A stretch of 64,000 nt of DNA from Chiloscyllium plagiosum (GCF_004010195.1 NC_057719.1:37200138-37264137); one strand, 5' to 3'; positions 13,346 through 26,910 are shown, counted from the first letter of the stretch. Notes: a model not told the origin generated them from the letters alone. Numbers and translations are program-made.

Positions 13346-13595
13346 CTCATCTAAATCCTTATTCAAAGAATCTTTGCAGTGCGTTTCTTTATGTGTTGTC
13401 AGTTTCAGGAGCATTTCAAAGACACTTCAGACTTGCCAAAGACTCATCATTTTTATATAAATTAAAAAGTGGGACTTGGAGAGTTGGCATGGAGCACACA
13501 TGAGTGGCTTAAAAAGGGGCACGGAAGGTTTAAGGGAAATACAGGGGTAAAAAGGGTACAAGAGGATATAGAGAGGCCAAAGGAAATATAAAGGG

Positions 13596-13933
13596 GATTA
13601 GATTAGATTAGTTTAGATTAGATTAGATTAGATCCCTTACAATATGGAAGCAGGCCCTTTGGCCCAACAAGTCCACACCGACCCTCCGAAGAGTAACCCA
13701 GACTCATTTCCCTACACTTATCCCTGACTAATGCACCAAAACACTATGGGCAATTTAGCATGGCCAATTAACCTGACCTGCACATCTTTTGGAATGTGGG
13801 AGGAAACCAGAACACCCGGAGGAAACCCACACAGACACAGGGAGAATGTGCAAACTCCACATGGATAGTTGCCCAAGGCCAGAATCAAACCTGGGTCCAT
13901 GGCGTTGTGAGGCAGCAGTGCTAACCACTGAGC
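13596..13933 (-). mobile_element. HE1-type V-SINE with (ATCTA)n tail
   Basis: tRNA-like head, V-core tgtggagtttgcacattctccc..gggtttcctccgggtg, CR1-like tail. Confidence 0.9.
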
Positions 13934-14139
13934 ATGGAAATTATGAGGGGGCATAAAGCAGATATGAGCCAACTTGAAGGGTGCCTGGAGAATGATAGGA
14001 TGAGGGCATAGAGAGTTGTGTGTGAAAAAACTCCACAGAGGTCAGTATCCCCATCACCAAGTCCCCCTTTATTTACTCATGCAGAGTCCTTGACACTGAT
14101 CCAGCTCCCTTAAAGCCAACTTTCAGAGTGAACAGGATG

Positions 14140-14274
14140 GCACGGTGGCACAGTGGTCAGCACTGCTGCCTCACAGCGCTTTGGCGGGTCGGTGTGGACT
14201 TGTTGGGCCGAAGGGCCTGTTTCCACACTGTAATGTAATCTAAATAACTGCCAATTAGAATCTAATCTAATCTA
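14140..14274 (+). mobile_element. Internally deleted HE1-type SINE
   Basis: Head ggcacggtggcacagtggtcagcactgctgcctcacagcgc joined directly to the 3' tail; compare full copy 25121-25441. Confidence 0.85.
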
Positions 14275-14326
14275 AAGATGATTGACACTCCTGTTCTTAT
14301 CTGTCAGCCAGGGCTAATCTAGTCAA

Positions 14327-14424
14327 GCCCTTCCTGAAGAAGGGCTTATGCCCGAAACGTCGATTCTCCTGTTCCCTGGATGCTGCCTGACCTGCTGCGC
14401 TTTTCCAGCAACACATTTCCAGCT
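14327..14424 (+). mobile_element. Penelope-derived mini-element
   Basis: 13-bp TSD ctaatctagtcaa (14314-14326, 14425-14437); homologous to 37877-38018 and 49190-49335. Confidence 0.85.
14331..14365 (+). ncRNA. Minimal type I hammerhead ribozyme motif (PLE-type), core intact
   Basis: CUGAAGA(14334-40) a GGGC-uuau-GCCC GAA AC-GU C; predicted cleavage after 14361; palindromic ACGU in place of stem III; stem I only 2 bp. Confidence 0.6.
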
Positions 14425-15174
14425 CTAATCTAGTCAAATCTGGTAATCTAGTCCAATCAGGGAATTCATATTTTATGAAGTCCACCTAGTTGACCTCATT
14501 GCAAATACTACAGTGTGGTGTTGAGAGGCTGAAGTATTAGCATTTTGAGAGCCTGACAGTCGTGATTACAACAGGGCCAATTTGTCAAGAAACAGAAGTC
14601 AGTTTCTAGTTCATTACCCTTGCCTTGTGCCAACCAATGTTGTCACCTTAGGTCTGTGTTCTGAATCATTGGGTCCATCTCCACCCTGTTCTCACCTCCC
14701 TGGAAAATATTATCTTCCTTAATGAAAATGGGATATTTCTGAACTTTTACCACTCATTTCCTTCACAAAAATAAAGTTCAAAGAGAAATAAAGACTGGAT
14801 TAAAAAGTCATAAAGTCATGATTTTTAACAAATATATATAATTTTAATATTGCAACAACGGTTAAATCAAGAGAAGCAATACAATTCCTCCCTTGCAATG
14901 GTTAGTTTTGAATGCCAGAGGTTGGTCATTAGGAACTAACACTTAGCACGCTATTAAAAATGTTACTTGAACTTGAAGTGACTTCGCTTTCTGTGGTGAG
15001 CTTAGTTTGTAGCTAATGGATAAACAAAGTAACTTTATGTCATTCATTTTAATTTGCTCTGAGTTCAGTATTTGCAACTTTCTAGCAGTGTCCTCTCACA
15101 TAACTGCTGTAGTCAATTACATCACAGTATGTATCAGAGGCTAATTACATACTTGCTAAAATCTCTCTCTACAA

Positions 15175-15558
15175 CTGGCACCCCATCCTCAACACTAACA
15201 TTTATTCTTTCTCCGCTGAATATGTACTATACCCACTGCAGAAACTAAACAAGGTTCCTTTCACAGCTTTGACCTCTATCACCTGGAAGAAGGAGGGCAG
15301 TACCTGTCCTTCACCTTCACCTTAAGCTCCCATCCAAATAGACACTAATCTGACATGGAAACGTACCACTGTTTCTTGATCATCGCTGAATTAAAACCCT
15401 GGAACTCACTCCCTAACAGCACTGTGTATACCTACACTAGGCAGATGATTATAATTAAAGACAGTGGCTCACCACTGCCTCATCAAGAGCAAATAGGAAT
15501 TTTCAATAAACTCTGCTTTTGGCATCAAAGCCCATTTTCTGTGATTAAGCAAAAAAAC
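15175..15558 (+). mobile_element. Degraded 3' end of LINE family C (CR1/L2-group)
   Basis: ctggaactcactccctaacagcactgtg..gctcaccac.. tail shared with 28162-28770, 35455-35785, 42025-42640, 46005-46705. Confidence 0.65.
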
Positions 15559-15749
15559 CATAAAATCCTGAGCTACAATACTCATGGCCATTAACAACTC
15601 ATTTATGATCGCATTTACAAACTTATATTTGAAAGTATTGATAAGTATCAATATCAACAGCAAGCTGGAAGTGAATCTAATCTTAATGTAACAAAGTAAA
15701 TTTATCATAGTCCTGTTTTTTTTATTTCAACCTGTGTCTATTGGTAACA

Positions 15750-16800
15750 ATCATTTCTCAACATCAGGATCTTAATTTCGAGTCCCAATCAAGAGATTTG
15801 GGCAGGAATTCCAGATTGACATTCAAGTGCAGCAGTGAGGGAGTGTCACAAAGTCAAAGGTACCAACATTTTGTCTGATGTTAAACCAAATCCCCAGATG
15901 TACACAAAAGATCCTAGGGTGCTATTCAGATGATCACAGGATTTCTCCTGTGCAATTTGATCAATAATTAGGCCTCAAATGACATCACAAAAACAGATAA
16001 TTGGAACATCAGATGTGTGGAACACTGCCATGTGATAATTGTTTAATTACATTAGTAATAACATTAGCAAATTTGCTGATGATACTAAGCTGGGTAGCAG
16101 GGTGAAATGTGAGGAGGATGTTGGACAGGTTAGGTGAGTGGTCATTTGCATGGCAGATGCAGTTTAATGGGGATAAATGTATGGTTATCCATTTAGGTGG
16201 CAAGAACAGGAAGGCAGATTACTACCTAAATGGAATCAATTTAGGTAAAGGGGCAGTACAAAGAGATCTGGGTGTTCTTGTACACCAGTCAATGAAGGTA
16301 AGCATGCAGGTACTGCAGTTAGTGAAGAAAGCTAATAGCATGCTGGCCTTCATAACAAGAGGGATTGAGTATAGAAGCAAAGAGGTTCTTCTGCAGCTGT
16401 ACAGGGCCCAGGTAAGACCACACCTGGAGTATTGTGTGCAGTTCTGGTCTCCAAATTTGAGGAAAGATATTCTGGCCATTGAGGGAGTGCAGCGTAGGTT
16501 CACGAGGTCGAATTCCTGGAATGGCGGGACTACCTTATGCTGAAAGACTGGAGCGACTGGGCTTGTATACCCCTGAGTTTAGAAGACTGAGGAGATAAAG
16601 CAGGAACAGGATACTGATTAAGGATGATCAGCCATGATCATATTGAACGGTGGTGCAGGCTCGAAGGGCAGAATGGCCTACTCCTGCACCTATTGTCTAT
16701 TGTCTACATTTCCTACATTACATCAGCGACGGATTCCATTGGCTGTAAAGCATTTTTAAGCTGGATTGACAAGGAGAGATGAGCTAATAAATAAAGACCA
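15750..16800 (+). mobile_element. DeuSINE-like SINE split by a CR1 insertion
   Basis: Deu-domain-like motifs gtgcagcagtgagggagtg, aaaagatcc, catcacaaaaacagat; tail resumes at 16709 (tttcctacattac..cattggctgtaaagc). Confidence 0.6.
16060..16706 (+). mobile_element. CR1 3' fragment with internal deletion near 16590
   Basis: KFADDTKL, WQMQFN.DKC, RPHLEYCVQFWSP; (ctattgt)n tail. Confidence 0.9.
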
Positions 16801-17282
16801 GTTTTCTTTTATATACATTATAAGGAATATTCAATATGGTTAAATAATTAGGATAAAGCCTTCACAACTATTGACTTGTCACATTTTCTGAGTTATAATC
16901 CCTGCCTTGTGGTAATGCTGAGCAGTAACGTTATGCTTTTACTTCTATTTGAGTTTCTGGTCATATCAATTACCCTGATATTATTGAATCATGGAATTTT
17001 AGTATTTTGGAAAAATAACAGTTCCAAACTATGATGACTTAGGAAGAATCCTACAAGCAATAGAAGTACTCAGTTCAATATAGACTTTCTCAGTCCAAAG
17101 CAGAAAGTTGACACTTGCTTTTCTGAAGTAAACATAATTGAACCACAGCATAAGACTCTTTAGATATTATTACAGGCAGAATCATTTAATGCACCAAAGA
17201 TAGATGATAACTGCTATGAATCAGTCTGGAGATGTGTTTCACTACGGTGAGCTTCAAAATTGCCCTCTTCACTCTCCATGGG

Positions 17283-18737
17283 TGTCGTACCAGAGGATTG
17301 GAAGGAGGCGAATGTTGTTCCACTTTTCAAGAAGGGTAATAGGGAAATCCCTGGCAATTAAGACCAGTCAGTCTCACGTCTGTGGTCAGCAAAGTTGTGG
17401 AAAGAATTCTGAAGGATAGGATTTATGACTATTTGGCAAAGCATAGTGTGATTAAAGGCAGGTAGCATGGCTTTGTGAGGGGCAGGTCATGCCTCACAAT
17501 TTTTATTGAGTTCTTTGAGGAGGTGTCAAGACAGGTCGATGTCAGTCGAGCAGTGGATGTGGTGTATATGGATTTCAGCAAGGCATTTGATACGGTTACC
17601 CACGGTAGGCTCATTCATAAAGTCAGGAAGTATGGGATACAGGGAGATTTGGCTATCTAGATTCAGAATTGGTTGGCTGACAGAAGGCAGACATGGTTGT
17701 AGATGGAAAGTATTCTGCCTGGAGGACAGTGTTGACTGGAGTCCCGCAGGGCTCTGTTCTTGGGCCTCTGCTCTTTGTAGTTTTATTAAATGACTTGGAT
17801 GAGGAGGTTGAGGGGTGGGTTTGTAAATTTGCCAAAGACACAAAGGTTGGAGATGTCGTCGATGGTGTAGAGGGCTACTGCAGGCTGCAGCGCGACATAG
17901 ACAGGATGCAAAGCTGAGCTGAGAAATGGCAGATGGAGTTCAACCTGGATAAATGCGAAGTGATGCATTTTGGAAGGTCGAATTCGAATGCTGAATATAG
18001 GATTAAAGACAGGATTCTTGGCAGTGTGGAAGAACAGAGAGATCTGGGTGTGCAGGTACACAGGTCCCTCAAAGTTGTCACCCAAGTGGATAGGGTTGTT
18101 AAGAAAGCATATAGTACTTTGGCTTTCATTAACAGGGGTATTGCGTTTAAGAGCCGCGAGGTTTTGCTGCAGCTTTCCAAGTCCCTGGTGAGCCCACACT
18201 TGGAATACTGTGTTCAGTTCTAGTCACCCCACTATAGGAAATATACAGAGACTTTGGAGAGGGTGCAAAGAAGGTTTACCTGGATGCTGCCTGGACTGGA
18301 AGGCTTGCCTTATGAAGAAAGGTTAAATAAGCTCAGACTTTTCTCTCTGGAGAGAAGGAGGAAGAGAGGAGACCTGATCGAGGTGTACAAAATAATGAGA
18401 GGAATAGATAGAGTCAATAGCCAGAGACTTTTCCCCAGGGCAGGATTGACTGGTACGAGAAGTCATAGTTTGAAGATATTAGGAGGAAGGTATAAAGGAA
18501 CCGTCAGAGGTAGGTTCTTTATACAGATTTGTGAATGCATGGAATCCGTTGCCAGTTGAGGTAGTGGAAGCGAAGACATTGGGAACATGTAAGCGACTGC
18601 TGGGCATGCACATGGATAGCAGTGAGTTGAGGGGTGCGTAGGTTAAGTTATTATATTTTACATTAGGATTAAGTCTTGGCACAACATCGTGGGCCTAAGG
18701 GCCTGTTCTGTGCTGTACTTTTCTATGTTCTATGTTC
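17283..18737 (+). mobile_element. CR1 family B, 5'-truncated RT pseudogene
   Basis: [39 protein letters not shown]; (ttctatg)n tail. Confidence 0.95.
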
Positions 18738-20349
18738 ACTCTACTGTCAGACCTTTACATTATCTTCAAAACTGGTTGCCTCAGTGTGCTTTTTCTTTGA
18801 TATTATCAAGGCAAAACTGTCCCTTAATTGAAGACAATTGGGTTACTTATTTAACAGGGAGTTGCTGACTAAAAGCTTTGATTTCTATACTTCGTGCTGA
18901 GGAAATAACCTATCCTGTCAATTTTCTCATCTATTCGAGATTGGCCTGCTAGGTTTCTTTCACTCTTCTGATCAGAGTGTCAAATACACTAGCTGGGATG
19001 CATTTCTTGCCCACAAAATAACAGCCACTTTGGATGAGAATCAACATGTCATTGATTAGGTTAAGTTCCCCGAGGGACTCCTACAGAGGCACTGTAATGA
19101 AAATCAAGTTTCCATTGAGCATGATCTGTGGTTTTGCCTTCTGGGAGTGTGATGTGTTGAATTCAACAAATTACTTGAAGAATCAAAAATACAATTTTCA
19201 TAATCAGGCTCAGATGGCATAATGCATTGAATATTCTGGAAATAGAGTATTTTATTAGATTTCTCAGACTCTTTCCCTTAATTTATTATTGAGAAACGTA
19301 TTCTATTTCTGGGTTAGAAGAACAAATGAATTACACAGCAAATCAGCTCATCTTGAATTCTGGAAAAGTAAAAGAAAATTTTATTTTCTGATCATACATG
19401 GAATAGTTTATTTCTTAATCAAGGATTATGCAAATTTCAACATGGGGGTGCAAGGATGGTGAAATAAATAATGGTCTGAAGCAGTTTCACTTCTATGCAT
19501 AATTGCATGGTCAACATTGAGGAAATACCTGTAGCATGTTTACCACGTTTTCAGAAATCAGAAGATCTTCTAAATACTGGAAACTCTTTTGTTTGCCCTT
19601 GTAATTTATCCTCATCCCTGGCTCCACAACATCAAAAGATTAAGAGCAGTGCAAATAAGCAGTACGCCTCATTCTAATTTAAAAAGCTTTGCTTTTTAAA
19701 AATTCTGATCAATTTTCATTCAAGGATCAACTTTTTAAAATCATGTTTAAGTCTTGTTTAAACTGATATGCCTGACGGTAAATATGATTTTTAAAAATTG
19801 CCCAAGATTTAAATCAGTTGAAAGTATTTTTTTTCCCTAGTTTGAAGTTGAATTCTGAAGGAGGACTGATTCTTTAGTAGATTTTCTTGCAGGTTCTGTA
19901 TATGGTAGACTGAAAGTTCTTATCTGGTGAAGATAACTAAGCCTAAGAGCCCATCATATTGTTCATTGTTGCATTTGTTTTCAAATACTGAAAGCTTCTA
20001 AGAAACATGTCTATTACTTTTAAAATGACATTTGCACAGGCAAAAAAAAATTTGCTTTAACGACTGGATCCAGATTTTTTTCTTCATTCTCTCAGTTATC
20101 CAAAGTATAGAAATATTCAGAAGGAATACATGTTTCTCACTCCCCATAAGGGTTCTAGTCAAGAACCTGTTCACAGCATGATGTTTCTTTCTATCATAGC
20201 ATGGCACCAGGGACCAAAGTTTAGGAAAATGGGTCTCTAAGCATTAGATAAATCTTTGTCCCTTTTGAGGCTAACACATATTTATAAACAACAAAACATA
20301 ATTTGTAGCCATTGTGTTTATACGCCTAGTTGAGTTATAATTCTAGTTG

Positions 20350-21800
20350 ATGGCAACCATAAGGATAATGATGCCCTTCAAAATCAAGGGGATGTGGCTT
20401 GATACACTGTTATTGGAGATGTTCATTTCCTGACACTTACACAATGTAAATATTACTTGCCACTTATCAAACTGAAAGTTGTCCAGCTCTTACTGCACAG
20501 AGACATAATTGCTTCAGTTTCTAAGAATTGCCAATAGGATTGAGCACAGTGTATTCATCTTCCCTTCAGACCTGAGGATGAAGGAAGGTCATCAATGAAA
20601 TGGTGGTCCAATGACTTCTACTCGCAGTGGTTTCTTTCTGCCTCTGGTGTGTGTTGTATTCAAAGATGGTTGCACTATATTTCTTCAGCTGTATTGGATG
20701 CAATGATCTTGAGCAAGTTTCTTCCATGACTCAAAGTGGATACTAAAACTCCTAAATTCAACCTTCAGATTGTCGTTGTAGTGCTTCCTTTGACCACCAT
20801 GACAGTGCATTCAAGGCTCAAGCTGTCCATGGAAAATTCTCTTTAGTAAGTGGCTGCCAGGCGTTCTGGCTACATAATCAGTTGTGACCATCTCAATATG
20901 GTACAGATTATTGACATACCAGTTCAGAGGAGCATCTCAATGTTTGGCATTTTGTTCCATCATCTGGTCTTCAGAAGGTTCCAATGGCAACCTTGTGAAA
21001 TTGTCTCTTATAGAACTGTTGAAAACACCTTCCGACACTTTGCTAATCATCGAAAATAGACTGAAGAGGTGATAATAAGATTGGATATGCACCGGCTTTT
21101 TGTGAGCAATTATTACTGGGTATATGTCCACATTGTGTCATCATTGAAAATGGAGAAATTCATAGAACCATCTCCTCTTGTTTGGGGTTTAATTTTCCAC
21201 CATAACTTATGACTGGGTGTGACAAGACTGTAGAGCTTTGCTCTGAAATTTTGCATGGAGGATTGTTTAGTTCTCTCTATAGCAAGCTGTTTTCACAACA
21301 TCCAATTCAGTGTGGTAACTTTATACTTTTTCATGCATACTGGTGCTGCACCTGCCATGTTCTCTGGAACTTCCTATTGAATTGGGTTAGTCTCCTCACT
21401 TGATAGGTACAGTGGACTGTAAAGTTGCATATTGTGGTGGAATATGACTATTTTGCCACTGATGACCCATAGCATTTCATGGATCTTCAGTTTGAACTCA
21501 GAACCTATTCTATTTGGGATGGTGGCAGTACTACACAACACAATGGATTTGCCGTTGCCTTCAGTGGGATTGTCTGGTTTTACTAATGTCAATACAGCCA
21601 CGGATTGATGCAATGTTAACAGGTGTGTTGGTGGGAACACGATCAACTAGGTTTTCCTTCTGCATGTCTCTTCAACAGCTGCCAAATGTCCAGTATGGTA
21701 GCTATGTTCCTGAAGATTTGTCCAGCTCTGTCATTAGTGGCACTACTGATCTCTGGAAATATCGACAGATCTGCTTCATTGGTAACCACCTGCAGGACTC
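20350..21800 (-). mobile_element. Highly degraded LINE (family C) EN-to-RT region
   Basis: Minus-strand P..KK....Y..FSLFSMISKVSEGVFN (ORF 20937-21131) and flanking degenerate RT/EN sequence. Confidence 0.6.
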
Positions 21801-22056
21801 TTTGGATTTATATAAACAAATCCTTCCCCTTTTACTTCTTGAATGCTAACATTCATTTTTAAATTCTTCCATTTTGGCATGTGAATTTGACATGAGATTG
21901 AAGATTGTAGGTGGATCCATTTGGTCAATACCTTCAAGATCCTCAAAAACTAAAGCAAAATCCAAGAAAAGCCAATTTAGTCATCTATTCCCAACAATTT
22001 ATGCCCCTACTATTTGGAAATCATATTTATTGCCTCTGTATTCCACCTCAGGGAGG

Positions 22057-22340
22057 TCTTGTGGCATAGTCAGTAGTTTCTTTGGCTCTGAGCCAGAAAT
22101 TGAGTTCGAGGCCCGCTTCAGTTCACCTGACATTGGCAAAACAGTTTGATCATTAAAATCCTGTCAACACACTATGGCAGATGATCAGAATGCAGAGTCT
22201 CTGGATCAGTCATGCTTGCTGTGGAGTGGCAGCCCTTGAGCTATGGCCTCTGGCAACTAGTTATCTGTTCTGGGGAGAAACAGACATAATGTACTTTGCC
22301 TGCATCGTGTGTCTCCAAGATACAGGAATACAATCAAGAA
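22057..22340 (+). mobile_element. Probable tRNA-derived SINE (unassigned family)
   Basis: A-box-like tggcatagtcag and B-box-like gagttcgaggccc; ends in aagaaga. Confidence 0.45.
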
Positions 22341-23619
22341 GACGACTATTACTAGAGGCAATAATTTGTTTTGTATGATTTAATGATTAAAACACTCCAC
22401 TTGGGGTCTCATTAGCACCTCAAACAGTAGAAATACAATCTCATTTTATCTGCTAATGAAGTAACATTCCTGCTGCTCTGCAGCAAAACATGCAAAGTCA
22501 GTGCTGTTGGTCTGTGCCATTCCACGTATTTTGGGAAGACCAACACTTAATGCACACAACATGCAACCGAACCACTGGAAATGCATATTACTGAACCTTG
22601 AGGCAATAGCTCTTTTGCACTCAGCTTTAAATGAAATGATTATGATTAAAGTTTATTTCACAAGAAAGTTTCATCAGTCTTTCCTTCGTTTCTATAGCCT
22701 CTACATAACCTTGGTATCATTTATTATCCTTGCCTACAGTTCTATTAAATTTATATTGACAATCAACAATCAGCAATAAAATACCAGTCTGAAGTACTCA
22801 GAATAAAATAAGAACTTAACAAAATGTTCAGTAACAATGAGACCCTTGCAGCTAAAGTGCCACAAAAATCACTGAAGGAATTACTTTTCCACCAATATAA
22901 GCACACTCAGCTCTGGCAGAAGTTAGACAGTCACAGAACATTTCAAGTTAGACATTTATGATTATCTTCTGTCTCACCACAGTCTTCTAGTAAATGCCTC
23001 TCTCACACATTTGAATGCCCTGTTGAGAGACAAGTATGGCAAAGTTCCAGGACACACAAACAGACAACTATAAGCATCAGGTAGATCTGGCAATCAGTGT
23101 TTGCAAGTTTGTGTAAAATTGAGCTCTACACACGTAAGGTAATTCAACAAATAGACTACAAAATCTAGAATGTAACACAAATTTTCATTAGAGGCAGAAA
23201 ATTGGTGGAAAAGACACGGATTTGAGACTCTCCAGAACCCAGGTGAAATAGAATGTGAATCTAAGTACATTATTAATAAACAGAGACAAGGCCCTATCTT
23301 AAGCAGGAATCAATGGTATAAACACATATATTGCTTTGTAACTGACACTGGGTCAAAAGACTCCACATCACAAATACCATCCAAGCTTTCTAATAAGGAT
23401 ATTTTCTTTATTCAATTCCTTAATTTCTTGTAATTCCCAGAGACTTTTTCCAAAATGAGACAGAACTAATATAATTTTGTCATATTTGTTGGAATGGAAA
23501 ACTAGAGTACTGTGCTTTCCAAGCATTTCATTCAATAACAGACAAAACGGACTCCCTAATTTGAGTGATTTTGGTCCAGGCAGAAACCAAATATCAAAAT
23601 TGTTTAAATAAAAGGGCAA

Positions 23620-23942
23620 TACTGCAGATGCTCGAGAAACTCAGCAGATCTGGCAGTATCCATAGAGAGAGAAACAGATTAATGTTTCAAATCCATATTT
23701 GTCTTCTTTAGAAGCTGATGAGAGGTGGAAAGGTTTCATTGTATTGAAAAAGGTGGGGATCAGCAAGTGAAACAAAAGAGAAGGCCAAGGAATTTTAGAG
23801 AATGGCAGAGATTGGTGATTGAAGGTGTCAAGAACAAAAGTTAAAAAGGAATGGCAATGGCAAACCATTGACCCAGAGTAAGTAATCAGACAATAAAACC
23901 AGAAAATGCTGGAGAAACTCAGCAGATCTGGCAGTATCTGCA
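23620..23942. mobile_element. Penelope-derived terminal-repeat fragments
   Basis: Two copies of gagaaactcagcagatctggcagtatc; the second is the left arm of an element split by CR1 (inverse arm at 27727-27825). Confidence 0.6.
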
Positions 23943-24283
23943 GAGTCATAGAGATGTATAGCATGGAAACAGACCCTCCGGTCCAAACCGTCCATGCCGA
24001 CCAGATATCCCAACCCAATCTAGACCCACCTGCCAGCACACGTCCCATATCTCTCCAAACCCTTCCTATTCATATACCCATCCAGATGCCTTTTAAATGT
24101 TGCAGTTGTAGTAGCCTCCACCATTTCCTCTGGCAGCCCATTCCACACATGCACCACCCACTGTGTGAAATAGTTGCCCTTTAGGCCTCTTTTATATCTT
24201 TCCCCTCTGACCCTAAACCTATATCCTCTAGTTCTGGACTCCCCCAGCCCAGAGAAAAGACTTTGTCCATTTATCCTATCCAT

Positions 24284-24517
24284 NNNNNNNNNNNNNNNNN
24301 NNNNNNNNNNNNNNNNNNNNNNNNNNNNNNNNNNNNNNNNNNNNNNNNNNNNNNNNNNNNNNNNNNNNNNNNNNNNNNNNNNNNNNNNNNNNNNNNNNNN
24401 NNNNNNNNNNNNNNNNNNNNNNNNNNNNNNNNNNNNNNNNNNNNNNNNNNNNNNNNNNNNNNNNNNNNNNNNNNNNNNNNNNNNNNNNNNNNNNNNNNNN
24501 NNNNNNNNNNNNNNNNN
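24284..24517. other. Assembly gap (234 N)
   Basis: Run of N inside the CR1 copy. Confidence 1.
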
Positions 24518-25120
24518 ACCTTACCATTAAGTGTATAAGTCCTGCTAAGATTTGCTTTCCCAAAGTGCAGCACCTCGCACTTATCTAAATTAAACCCATC
24601 TGGTATTCCTCAGCCCATTGGCCCATCCGAGGTAACCTTCTTCGTTGTCCACTATACTACCAATTTTGGTGTAATCTGCAAACTTACTAACCAAACCTCC
24701 TATGTTCACATCCAAATCATTTATATAAATGACAAAACATAGTGGACCCAGCATCGATTCTTGTGGCACACCACTGGTCAGAGGCCTCCAGTTTGAAAAA
24801 CAACCCTCCACTACTACCCTCTGTCTTCTATCTTCGAGGCAGTTCTGTATCCAAATGCCTAGTTCGCCATGTATTCCGTGAGATCTAACCTTGCTTATGA
24901 GTCTCCCGTGGGGAACCTTGTCGAACGCCTTTCTGAAGTCCATATAGATCATGTCCACCGCTCTGCCCTCAACAATCCTCTTTGTTATTTCTCCAAAAAA
25001 CTCAATCTCGTTTGTGAGACATGATTTCCCACACACCAGGCCATGTTGACTATCCCTAATCAGTCCTTGCCTTTCCAAATACATGTACATCCTGTCCTTC
25101 AGGATTCCCTCCAACAACTT

Positions 25121-25441
25121 GGGCGGTATGGTGGCACAGTGGTTAGCACTGCTGCCTCACAGCGCCGGAGACCTGGGTTCAATTCCCACCTAAGGCAACT
25201 TTCTGTGTGGAGTTTGCACATTCTCCCTGTGTCTGTGTGGGTTTCCTCCGGGTGCTCCGGTTTCCTCCCACAATCCAAAAATGTGCAGATTAGATGAATT
25301 GGCTATGCTAAATTGCCCGTAGTGTTAGGTGAAGGGGTAAATGTAGGGGAATGGATCTGGGTGGGTTGCGCTTCGGCGCTTCGGTGTGGACTTGTTGGGC
25401 CAAAGGGGTTGTTTCCACACTGTAAGTAATCTAATCTAATC
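25121..25441 (+). mobile_element. Full-length HE1-type V-SINE inserted in CR1
   Basis: A and B boxes, V-core, (atcta)n tail, flanking aactt duplication. Confidence 0.92.
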
Positions 25442-26910
25442 AAACTTGCCCACCACCGACATCAGGCTTGCCAGTCCAAAGTTCTCTGGCTTTTCCTTAC
25501 CACCTTTCCTAAAAGCAGCACCACATTACCTAACCTCCAGTCGTCTGGCACCTCATCTGTGACTATCGATGATACAAATATCTCAGCAAGAGGCCCAGCA
25601 ATCACTTCCCTATCTTCCCACAGAGTTCTTGGGTACACCTGATCAGGTCCTGGGGATTTATCCACTTTTATGCATTTCAAGACATCCAGCACTTCCTCCT
25701 CTGTAATATGGACATTTTGCAAGATGTCACCATCTATTTCCCTGTATTCCATATCTTCCATGTCCTTTTCCACAGTAAATGCTGATGCAAAATACTCGTT
25801 TAGTATATTTCCCATCTCCTGCGGCTCCACACAAAGGCCTCCTTGCTGATCTTTGAGGGGCCCTATTCTTTCCCTAGCTACCATTTTGTCCTTAATGTAT
25901 TTGTAAAAAGCCTTTGGATTCTCCTTAACTCTATTTGCCAAAGCTATCTCATGTTCCCTTTTCATCCTCCTGATTTCCCTCTTATGTATTCTCCTACTGC
26001 CTTTGTACTCTTCTAAGGATTCACTCGATCTATCCTGCAAATCCCTTCTTTTTCTGAACAAAACACTCAATTTCGTTATTCATCCAGTATTCTCTATATC
26101 TACCAGCCTTTGCTTTCACCCTAACAGCATTTTAATGTCTCTGGATTCTCATTATCTCATTTCTGAAGGTTTCCCATTTTCCAGCCGTCCCTTTACCTGT
26201 GAACATCTGCCTCCAATCAGCTTTTGAACGTTCTTACATAATACCATCAAACATGACTTTCCTACAATTTAGAACTTCAACTTTTAGATCTGGTCTATCC
26301 TTTTCCATCACTATTTTAAAACTAATTGAATTATGGTTGCTGGCCCCAAAGTGCTCCCCCACTGATACCTCAGTCACCTGCCCTGCCTTATTTCCTAAGA
26401 GTAGGTCAGGTTTTGCACCCTCTCTCGTAGGTACATCCACATACTGAATCAGAAAATTTTCTTGTACACGCTTAACAAATTCCTCTCCATCTAAACCCTT
26501 AACACTATGGCAATCCCAGTCTATGTTTGGAAAGTTAAAATCCCCTACCATCACCACCCTATTATTCTTGTAGATAACTGAAATCTCCTTACAAATTTGT
26601 TTCTCAATTTCCCCTCTGACTATTAGGGAGTTCTATAATACAAACCCAATAAGGTGATCATCCCTTTCTTATTTCTCAGTTCCACCCAAATAACCTCCCT
26701 GGATGTCTTTCCTAGAATATCCTCCCTCAGTACAGCTCTAATGTTATCAAAAATGCCACTCCCCCTTCTCATTTGCCTCCCTTTCTGTCCTTCCTTTGGC
26801 ATTTGTATCCTGGAACATTAAGCTGCCAGTCCTATCCATCCCTGAGCCATGTTTCTGTAATTACTGTGATACCCCAGTCCCATGTTCCTAACCATGCCCT
26901 GAGGTCATCT

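Larger units (their letters stand above)
14023..14512 (-). mobile_element. Solo LTR with two nested insertions
   Basis: TG...CA termini, perfect 5-bp TSD gtgtg (14018-14022, 14513-14517), AATAAA on minus strand. Confidence 0.85.

Noticed and set aside
21780..21950. Minus-strand acceptor followed by an open frame
   Set aside because: Runs into degraded LINE sequence; peptide unrecognisable; no good donor
24174..24573. ORFs containing X runs
   Set aside because: Artefacts of the N gap
25121..25195. tRNA gene
   Set aside because: tRNA-derived head of a SINE that continues into the V-core and LINE tail
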